Under the pieces are notes generated by a model. The model was not told where the DNA came from. It searched no databases and was given only the letters and a program-made list of their open reading frames with translations. A stretch of 32,000 nucleotides of DNA from Erysipelotrichaceae bacterium OH741_COT-311 (GTDB lineage: Bacteria > Bacillota_I > Bacilli_A > Erysipelotrichales > Erysipelotrichaceae), in NCBI GenBank assembly GCA_003858585.1, contig RQZE01000001.1, positions 143,238 through 175,237 on the forward strand, given 5' to 3'. Positions 8,175 through 15,478 of the stretch are shown one piece after another (the stretch's first letter is position 1; every line of letters begins with the position of its first letter). A program made the position numbers and the translations under genes.

Positions 8175-10384
8175 ACCCGTTTTTCCCTTCTTTTGTTATA
8201 TTTATGATGCAATACAACTATAATAACATAACTTACAATCGCTATAACACTCAATAACATCCCCTTTTTCAAACCACTTGGTATAAACGTCAAGGTAATC
8301 TCGTGATGTCCTTCTTGCAAATAAATGGCCATAAACCCTTGGTGAGCTTTTTGAATCGGTGTTACTTTTCCATTGACATAACATGTCCAACCTTCATCAT
8401 AAGGAATCGAAAAGAATAAGTATTGATTCCCGTTGACATCAATATTGCCTTTAATGGTGTTTTTTTGAATTTGAAAATCTTTTAGGTAGCTGCGTGTTCC
8501 ACTCAGTGGTTGTTGTTGATTGGTAACTAAGCGGTTTTTCATGTGATGAAGTTGTGTATAGTAATCATATTGATGCAACTCTTCAAACGGAATGGTATCT
8601 ACATACGTATACCCCACAGGAAGATACTGTTGATCTTCAAAGAGTAAATACTCACTCTTACCCAAACTTCCTAAAGGTGTAAATTGTTCATGCGGTAATT
8701 CATTTTTATCTTTTACAATATAATACTTTGTACTTAACATCTGTAAAGCATCATAGTCAACAACTTGAAACCACCAATAAATTTCATTAATCATTTGTAA
8801 AAATGGCTTTAAGCTATGATGATACACACTATCGTAACCCATAGTCGTATTAAATCCATAATAGATACCTACATTATTTAAAAAATCTTTATCAAAATCA
8901 ATGCCTACATAATGTTGATAAATACTGGTACGTGCATTATCTTCTTTTAATGTAGAAAGAACTTCTTGACTAAAGTAGTCTTTATTTAAACTATGATACC
9001 CATTTTGATATTTAAGTTGATATTGTACATTTGACCAAGTGTAATTTACTATAACTTCTAAAAGTATAAAAACGACTAATATACTTTTCTTTAATTTTCC
9101 TGTTTGATATAAATAGAAAAAGAAAACCCCAACAATAGAAAAGCCAAACAAGAATAATTCATAACGATGTTGAAGAAAACGATCTTTGGCGACAAATAGT
9201 AAGCCTAAAACGATTACCATTTGTATCAATAGTGCTAGTAAAGTTACTTTGCTATGAAACTTATGCTGATCATAAACGATTGCTGCAATAAGTAAGAAAA
9301 CAGTTGCTAGCATAAACACCCATCGATGACTGGATTCTGCAAAACCGTGCATGAAACTTCCACCCATTGGGATAACTAAGATGATTGCTGCAATTACAAA
9401 AGCAACTAGAAGAAGACGTACTTGTTTTTTGTTAAAACATTGTCTTATATGTAATACTAATGGAATCACAATAAAAGAGACATAGAGCGGGATTTGATCA
9501 TAGCGATAATAATTACTACTAAATAAGGTCTTAGAATAGCTTACATTACTTGGATAACTAAATATATTCTGTAAGATATTAAAATATACATCAGGTTTAT
9601 AAAACCATGCTAAATGAAAAGAATCAACACGTGGACTTTGTCTTAAAAATAAAGCTGTCGGTAATAATACGACTGCATAACTTAATGCTCCAAGCATATA
9701 AATTACAATAGCAAAGAAAGAGTATTTTAAAAAAGGTTTTAAATGGAATTCATATTGCATAAAATAACGAATTGGCCAATACACCATTAAAAACATTGAA
9801 ATTGACCAGAATAAATAGTAATTAGCCATAACAAGCAATAAACTAGCTAGATAAATAAAACCTATTTTATGGAATCGTATATATCGCTCAATCGCAATTA
9901 GTAACAACGGAAACAAACTATAGGTTGTTAAAAACATAGGTTGTCCAAAGAATACTAAGCTAAAACCACTAAAGATATAAAGAATTGAGAATAAAACTTT
10001 TGTTTTGTTTTTTAATTGAAAGAATTGAAGTAAGCTATAAAATAAATTATATGCTAGTAATAATTTAAGAATATGACTTAAAACCATAACATATTGTACA
10101 GGTATCTTGTGTAAAAGGATTGGTAAATATGCAAAAAGATCTCCTATAAAATAATAAGATTTTGAAGCAATAAAATTATTTCCTAAAAAAGATTGAAAAT
10201 CCCACAATGGAATCGTTCCATCTAACATATGTTGTTTAAAGCTTTGATAATAAATTAAATATTCATTATTTATATCATATCCAGCGTATTGTATACGACC
10301 AATTAATAAAGGTAAAAAACATAGCACTAATACAATACTTGGAAGAATTATTCTTAAGATAATGGTTTTTATTGTTTTGTTCAT
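8171..10384 (-). CDS. yfhO: YfhO-family membrane protein (GT-C fold glycosyltransferase acting on teichoic acid or other surface polymers)
   Basis: 737 aa. The N-terminal pattern YDINNEYLIYYQSFKQHMLDGTIPLWDFQSFLGNNFIASKSYYFIGDLF is colinear with the YfhO signature (DLGQQY..F....L.......F....G.N..G..AYYL.SP). It has many TM helices, a large C-terminal extracytoplasmic domain and a terminal TM helix. AGGAG is the SD. Confidence 0.8.
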   Translation of the reverse strand: MNKTIKTIILRIILPSIVLVLCFLPLLIGRIQYAGYDINNEYLIYYQSFKQHMLDGTIPLWDFQSFLGNNFIASKSYYFIGDLFAYLPILLHKIPVQYVMVLSHILKLLLAYNLFYSLLQFFQLKNKTKVLFSILYIFSGFSLVFFGQPMFLTTYSLFPLLLIAIERYIRFHKIGFIYLASLLLVMANYYLFWSISMFLMVYWPIRYFMQYEFHLKPFLKYSFFAIVIYMLGALSYAVVLLPTALFLRQSPRVDSFHLAWFYKPDVYFNILQNIFSYPSNVSYSKTLFSSNYYRYDQIPLYVSFIVIPLVLHIRQCFNKKQVRLLLVAFVIAAIILVIPMGGSFMHGFAESSHRWVFMLATVFLLIAAIVYDQHKFHSKVTLLALLIQMVIVLGLLFVAKDRFLQHRYELFLFGFSIVGVFFFYLYQTGKLKKSILVVFILLEVIVNYTWSNVQYQLKYQNGYHSLNKDYFSQEVLSTLKEDNARTSIYQHYVGIDFDKDFLNNVGIYYGFNTTMGYDSVYHHSLKPFLQMINEIYWWFQVVDYDALQMLSTKYYIVKDKNELPHEQFTPLGSLGKSEYLLFEDQQYLPVGYTYVDTIPFEELHQYDYYTQLHHMKNRLVTNQQQPLSGTRSYLKDFQIQKNTIKGNIDVNGNQYLFFSIPYDEGWTCYVNGKVTPIQKAHQGFMAIYLQEGHHEITLTFIPSGLKKGMLLSVIAIVSYVIIVVLHHKYNKRREKRV

Positions 10385-10401
10385 ACTTACTCCTTTCCTT
10401 T

Positions 10402-10410
10402 ATTATAGCA
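10402..10410 (-). promoter_or_regulatory. Candidate extended -10 (TGCTATAAT) for the yfhO operon
   Basis: The minus strand reads TTTTGCTATAATAAAGGAAAGGAGTAAGTATG. The element sits directly downstream of the yhaM terminator hairpin and predicts a leader of about 15 nt carrying the SD. Confidence 0.4.
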
Positions 10411-10432
10411 AAAGAAAAAGCTATAAATAAAA

Positions 10433-10450
10433 TGTTGAGTATCCTCAACA
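10433..10450 (-). terminator. Rho-independent terminator after yhaM
   Basis: The minus strand reads TGTTGAG-GATA-CTCAACA followed by TTTTATTTAT. It begins 3 nt after the yhaM stop. Confidence 0.6.
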
Positions 10451-10452
10451 CT

Positions 10453-11391
10453 TTATAAATTATGTTTATAAAAACTACGATTTTCCATAGGGAATAACTT
10501 TGTAGTAAATTCTCCTGCTTTCACTTCTGAAAAAGCCTTCTCCAATGTATTCATACGTGCATCAATATTATCGATGAAATGCAACATTTCAGCTTCTAAA
10601 ATCAATGGCATTACAGGAGAACCATATTCCAGTTGTCCATGATGTGACAACACCAAATGACGAAGTAAAATAGCCTCTTCACTATCTTGATAACCTAAAC
10701 GATGACTAACTTCATATATTTTAGCATTCATAATAGAAATATGCCCGATGAGTTTTCCTTCCATCGTATATTCTGTATTAATAGGACCAGATAGTTCATT
10801 AACTTTTCCCAAATCATGTAGTAATACCCCTGCTAACATTAAATCACGTGATAATAGTGGATATAAGTCACACAAATGATTCGCAAGATTTAACATACCA
10901 ACCACATGGGTTGCCAAACCACCAACAAAATTATGATGATTTTTACTAGCTGCCGGATAACGAAAAAACGCATCATGGTATTCTTTATAAAGCTCAATAA
11001 TAATTTTACGTATCTTTTCATTACCTATTGCATTAATATTTTGCTTTACAACTTGTTGTAGTTGTTCTACAGGCACTTTCGATGTAATTAAGAAATCTTC
11101 TATATTAATGGTAGATTGATCCATTGGAACAATATTATACACTTTTCCTTGTAACGCATTTTTGTATTTTAAGACCTCAAACGTTACTTGAAATACTAAA
11201 CCCGCTTTCAACGATTTCAACATATCTTCTTTTACATCCCAACACTTTGATTCTAAGCCAGCAGAAGCATCTTGAAGATATAACGTTAAATAGGTTGCTC
11301 CACTTGTCGTCTTAGCCGTAGAAAAGGTCGTAACTAAAACAGGCATCGTTACCACTTCACCTAAATTTAAATCTTTAATTTTTTGACTCAT
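10453..11391 (-). CDS. yhaM: 3'-5' exoribonuclease YhaM (OB-fold plus HD domain)
   Basis: The N-terminal OB region reads GEVVTMPVLVTTFSTAKTTSGATYLTLYLQD. HD-domain motifs are HHNFVGGLATH, LLHDLGK and LSHHG. I place the start at MSQKIKDL (ATG 11391), 7 nt after GGAG. The track start at 11409 is less well supported. Confidence 0.85.
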   Translation of the reverse strand: MSQKIKDLNLGEVVTMPVLVTTFSTAKTTSGATYLTLYLQDASAGLESKCWDVKEDMLKSLKAGLVFQVTFEVLKYKNALQGKVYNIVPMDQSTINIEDFLITSKVPVEQLQQVVKQNINAIGNEKIRKIIIELYKEYHDAFFRYPAASKNHHNFVGGLATHVVGMLNLANHLCDLYPLLSRDLMLAGVLLHDLGKVNELSGPINTEYTMEGKLIGHISIMNAKIYEVSHRLGYQDSEEAILLRHLVLSHHGQLEYGSPVMPLILEAEMLHFIDNIDARMNTLEKAFSEVKAGEFTTKLFPMENRSFYKHNL

Positions 11392-13375
11392 CATCCCACT
11401 CCATTTCATTTAATATTGAGTAGATATCTTCCACTTCAAACCCTTGCATTAAACAATAACGAAATATATTATTTCTTAATTTACTACCCTTATATTTATT
11501 ACTATAACGTTTATAAGCCTTATTCACTACTTTTTTTAATGTATTCATTTGATTTAAGTCATCTGCACCAAAATCAACCTTATCGATTACTACATCAATT
11601 ACATCTTTGGAAAAGCCTTGATGAAACATTTTTTCCTTTAAAAGAATCTTCTTCATTTTAAATGACTTCCCTTTAATCGTAGACACCACTTTATTTGCAT
11701 ACATTAACGCATGCTTATCTTCATCTTCCTCTTTTATCTCTTTATTCACTACTTCTTCAATGATATCTATAGAAATTCCTTTTTTCTTTAAAAATTTAGA
11801 AATTTTAAAAGGTCCTTGTAGCAATAAATTTAAATTATAAACTTGTCCTTTGGCATACTTATAATCATCGATTAAACCACGTTGTTCTAGTTTTTCAATA
11901 ATATTATTGATATCTTCAATATCTAATGATGTTTTTTGTGTTAAAAAATCATACATTTCTTTGCGAGAACGATCCTTTAATACAATCTTCTTTAAACAAG
12001 CATCATAGGCTTTTACTACACTTTCTTCTTTCAAAAGTAAATCTATCGTATCTTTTGTTACTACAACATCTTTTCTTAAACCATGTTTAATTAAAGAGTC
12101 AATATTAATCATAATCTTTGTTTCTTTTTTATTATAAGAAGTGAATGTAACCGTTACATAATCATTTTTATTTGAAATAGCTTTTACTTTGAATTGATTT
12201 CGATATAAATCAATACTACTTTGATATACTTCCATAATCTTATCATAAAACACATTCATGTCATATGGTTTAACTACTTCTAGCGCACATTCTTGCATGC
12301 GTTTCAGTTCTTCCGTTGATAAGTCTAAGAATAAGTTTAAACAAGTGGCAAGAGACTTTTCTTCATCAAAGTAATACCCAGTTTTACCATCTAACACTAA
12401 ATCGGCAATTACATCATCTTTACGGGCAAATACAGGTAAAGCACTTGCTAATGCTTCAATGAAAGTAACTCCTTGTGTTTCACTTAAAGAAGCTGAAATA
12501 AAGGCATCCGCAGCTAAGTAATAATCCGCAACCACATCGGCACTTCTACGACCTAAAAAGACAATGTAATCCTGCAAATCATATTCAGTTGTTAGCTTCT
12601 GCAATCCTTCTAAATCAGGGCCTCCACCTACAACTACAAATTTAATATTTAATTTTTTTTCTTTTACTTCCTTAAAACCTTCAATAATAACATCAATCGC
12701 CTTCTCTTTTGCAATACGACCAACATATAGAAGCATCTTAGTATCCTCTTTAATACCACATTCTTCTTTAATGGTCGTTACTTTAGATGCCACCTTGTTT
12801 TTAGGATTAAATTTATCCAAATCCAAACCTGTTGGAACGACATGTACATTAGAACGAATTTTATAACGCAGTAGCATCTCTTTGGTTTTTTCAGAAGGTG
12901 CAATCACTTCCGTTGATGAATCTCCATACATCTTACTTAAATTGGCAACTGCCTTTTTAGCAATTTCATCAATACTACTTAACTTTAAGAAATTGATATA
13001 ATGTGTATAGTCTTCATACGTTGTATGATAAGTGGAAACCAATGGTATATTTAAACTTTTTGCTACTATACGGGCAAAAATACCAATTCCAAACTCTGTA
13101 TGAACATGGATTAAATCTAACTGTAATTGATCCAGTTCATCCACCAAACTTAAATGTAATGGGCTCGTTACTACATAGCCATACAGAAACTTTAACTCAA
13201 TACCAGGTAGACGAAACACATTATTCTCTCTTTGAATTTTTAATAATCCAGGATAAGTGGTCACCACATAGACTTCATGCCCATTTTTTTCCAAGCTATT
13301 CTTTAATGTTACAACCGAAGATACTACCCCATTAATATCCGGGGTATATGTATCAGTAAATATGCCTATCTTCAT
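11375..13375 (-). CDS. Fusion protein: an N-terminal GT4 glycosyltransferase (alMGS/CpoA-like diacylglycerol glucosyltransferase) joined to a C-terminal full-length RecX-like domain
   Basis: The GT4 part (about 13375-12200) has MKIGIFTDTYTPDINGVVSSVVTLKNSLEKNGHEVYVVTT and the E-x7-E signature ETQGVTFIEA. The RecX part (about 12199-11375, about 272 aa) is colinear with B. subtilis RecX. Its landmarks are RSRKEMYDFLTQK, LIDDYKYAKGQV, GPFKISKFLKKKGISIDIIEEV, HQGFSKDVIDVVIDKV and RYCLMQGFEVEDIYSILNE. I place the start at the ATG at 13375, preceded by GGAGG at 13382-13386. The track start is an upstream TTG. Confidence 0.8.
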   Translation of the reverse strand: MKIGIFTDTYTPDINGVVSSVVTLKNSLEKNGHEVYVVTTYPGLLKIQRENNVFRLPGIELKFLYGYVVTSPLHLSLVDELDQLQLDLIHVHTEFGIGIFARIVAKSLNIPLVSTYHTTYEDYTHYINFLKLSSIDEIAKKAVANLSKMYGDSSTEVIAPSEKTKEMLLRYKIRSNVHVVPTGLDLDKFNPKNKVASKVTTIKEECGIKEDTKMLLYVGRIAKEKAIDVIIEGFKEVKEKKLNIKFVVVGGGPDLEGLQKLTTEYDLQDYIVFLGRRSADVVADYYLAADAFISASLSETQGVTFIEALASALPVFARKDDVIADLVLDGKTGYYFDEEKSLATCLNLFLDLSTEELKRMQECALEVVKPYDMNVFYDKIMEVYQSSIDLYRNQFKVKAISNKNDYVTVTFTSYNKKETKIMINIDSLIKHGLRKDVVVTKDTIDLLLKEESVVKAYDACLKKIVLKDRSRKEMYDFLTQKTSLDIEDINNIIEKLEQRGLIDDYKYAKGQVYNLNLLLQGPFKISKFLKKKGISIDIIEEVVNKEIKEEDEDKHALMYANKVVSTIKGKSFKMKKILLKEKMFHQGFSKDVIDVVIDKVDFGADDLNQMNTLKKVVNKAYKRYSNKYKGSKLRNNIFRYCLMQGFEVEDIYSILNEMEWDDESKN

Positions 13376-14405
13376 GACGAACCTCCACTTCTTTACTTGC
13401 CTTTGAATATACAAACGCCAATGCCCCTACCAACATAATGAAATAAAAAGATGCAAAACGCCATAAAATCATGACACTTTTTGATGCCTTTAAACCCATA
13501 ATCGCTGAAAACATCAAGGTAAACACTGCCTCAGTACCACCACTTGCTCCAGGAATTGGAATAAATGCCGTTGTCATAGAAACAAATGAAGTAAGAGCCA
13601 TCATAGAAACCAACATACCCGGATGCACCTCAAAACCTAAAGCAATATATACAAAATAAGGAACTGCATAATATAGTAAACAACGAATCACATTTAAAAT
13701 AATACATTTAATAATAATGGATTTATGTTTTTTCAACTTATCTGTTTCTTTCTTAAATTTTTCCAATTGAACATCAATATTATGTAAAGTTGCATTGATA
13801 TCTTTTACTATACGAAACTTATGTGCAATACGAATTAATGTAGTTGTTAAAAAGGTATAAACAGATTTAAAACGAGCAATTGCCCATAAACCAAAAATAA
13901 CAAACGCATTAATTAAAAAACCTAATAAAACAAAGATATAAAACTGACTGTATTTTTGATAAAAGTAAGTAAAACGCAACAAAATTAACAACAACACAGT
14001 AAGACACATCGTTGCCTGATAAATAATAAAATCCATCCATAGTACACTTGCACTATCCGCAATATCAACACCTTGCTTTTTAAAGACATATACTTGAGCA
14101 AATTGACCACCGGAAGCACTTGGAGTGATGCCATGAAAAAAAGTTGCTACTAAAGCATTGACAATGCCATAGCGTAACTTATAATGCGGATTACTTAATT
14201 TCGTAATCGTTGTTAGAATCATACCGATTAATACTTGTATCAATAACACCAATCCTAAAACCAATAGTAAATACGGAATTTTAACATTCGTTAAAGTATT
14301 GATAATCGTTTTAAAATCATCTTTTAAGGTAAAATATAATGCAAGTATTGTAAAAGATACAATTACTAATATATTGAATAGGTAACTTTTAAATAATTTT
14401 TTCAT
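13353..14405 (-). CDS. Flippase-like / lysyl-phosphatidylglycerol-synthase TM-domain family protein (UPF0104, TIGR00374-like)
   Basis: 350 aa with about 8 TM helices. It has the family-typical N-terminus and a central amphipathic loop (HNIDVQLEKFKKETDKLKKHK). Its 3' end overlaps the GT4-RecX start by 23 nt. Confidence 0.75.
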   Translation of the reverse strand: MKKLFKSYLFNILVIVSFTILALYFTLKDDFKTIINTLTNVKIPYLLLVLGLVLLIQVLIGMILTTITKLSNPHYKLRYGIVNALVATFFHGITPSASGGQFAQVYVFKKQGVDIADSASVLWMDFIIYQATMCLTVLLLILLRFTYFYQKYSQFYIFVLLGFLINAFVIFGLWAIARFKSVYTFLTTTLIRIAHKFRIVKDINATLHNIDVQLEKFKKETDKLKKHKSIIIKCIILNVIRCLLYYAVPYFVYIALGFEVHPGMLVSMMALTSFVSMTTAFIPIPGASGGTEAVFTLMFSAIMGLKASKSVMILWRFASFYFIMLVGALAFVYSKASKEVEVRHEDRHIY

Positions 14406-14412
14406 ATGTCTA

Positions 14413-14421
14413 ATTATACCA
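14413..14421 (-). promoter_or_regulatory. Candidate extended -10 (TGGTATAAT) placed 7 nt from the ATG of the flippase-like gene, suggesting a possible leaderless mRNA
   Basis: The minus strand reads GATGGTATAATTAGACATATGAAA. There is no SD between the -10 element and the ATG at 14405. Confidence 0.4.
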
Positions 14422-14446
14422 TCTTTATAGTCATTTAAAAATGATA

Positions 14447-14929
14447 TTACGGATTCTTACTAAACTTTAATAATACCTCATCAATAATTTCTTCCGGAAT
14501 CATATTACGAATATCACCTTGATAACTGGCAACCTCTTTTGCTACACTGCTACTTAAAAAAGAAAATTCAGGTTTAGCCACTAAGAACACTGTTTCAATT
14601 TCATGATTTAACATCATATTTGTTGTGGCTTGTTGAAGTTCATACTCGTAATCAGCAACTGCACGGATACCGCGAATTAATACATGGATATTTAAACGTT
14701 TTGCCAAATCAATGGTTAATCCACTTCCTACAATAATCTTTACATTCTTTAAGTGAGCTGTACTTTTTTCAATCCATTCTTTTCTTTTTTCTTGTGAAAA
14801 CGTTGCTTGTTTTTTAGGGTTAGTCATAATAGCTACTACAACCTCCTCATACATCTTGCAAGCTCGTTCAATAATATCAATATGTCCTTTCGTAATAGGA
14901 TCAAATGATCCGGGATACAATGCTTTCAT
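14447..14929 (-). CDS. coaD: Phosphopantetheine adenylyltransferase
   Basis: Starts MKALYPGSFDPITKGHIDIIERA. It is 160 aa with a GGAG SD. Confidence 0.95.
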   Translation of the reverse strand: MKALYPGSFDPITKGHIDIIERACKMYEEVVVAIMTNPKKQATFSQEKRKEWIEKSTAHLKNVKIIVGSGLTIDLAKRLNIHVLIRGIRAVADYEYELQQATTNMMLNHEIETVFLVAKPEFSFLSSSVAKEVASYQGDIRNMIPEEIIDEVLLKFSKNP

Positions 14930-14932
14930 ACT

Positions 14933-15478
14933 TTACTCCTTTTTTAAATACGTAATCTTACTAATACCATAGTTTGCCTCTTTATATTTTATAATAGATG
15001 CACAACTTGAAATTTCCTCTTCTTTTAATGATTCAACAACTACCCTACCACCCTGATCCAATAATTCATACTTGTCAACTAATTTAAGAATTTCATCAAC
15101 AACCTTTAAATGATAAGGTGGATCAATGTATATCAATTGAAACTTTAACGCTTTTTTAGCCAATTGTGCTAAGCAATCTTGATAAGATAACTGACTTACA
15201 TAACATTGTTGGGCCTTTAAAGAAGCTATATTTTCTTTAATAATCTTTACAGCCTCTTTACTATTGTCATTAAAATACACATGATTAAATCCACGACTTT
15301 TTGCTTCTAAACCAATCGCTCCAGAGCCACTAAATAAGTCCAACATCGCATCATCTTGAAAATACGTTCCTAAACTAGAAAATACAGCTTCCTTTACCTT
15401 ATCTAACGTTGGTCTTGTATTATTACCAGGCAATGTCTTTAGCATACGATGACGAAATTCTCCCGCAATAATTCTCAT
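14933..15478 (-). CDS. rsmD: 16S rRNA (guanine966-N2)-methyltransferase RsmD
   Basis: MRIIAGEFRHRMLKTLPGNNTRPTLDKVKEAVFS, then DLFSGSGAIGLEA and IYIDPPY. Its start overlaps the ftsW/rodA stop (TAATG). Confidence 0.9.
   Translation of the reverse strand: MRIIAGEFRHRMLKTLPGNNTRPTLDKVKEAVFSSLGTYFQDDAMLDLFSGSGAIGLEAKSRGFNHVYFNDNSKEAVKIIKENIASLKAQQCYVSQLSYQDCLAQLAKKALKFQLIYIDPPYHLKVVDEILKLVDKYELLDQGGRVVVESLKEEEISSCASIIKYKEANYGISKITYLKKE

Noticed and set aside
12190-12240. The idea that GT4 and RecX are two separate genes merged by the ORF caller.
   Set aside because: I read the junction directly (..IMEVYQSSIDLYRNQFKVKAIS..). There is no stop codon and no SD-like purine run ahead of the only nearby Met, and the frame is the same on both sides. 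A sequencing frameshift cannot be excluded without the reads, so I kept this as a finding with that caveat rather than splitting the gene.
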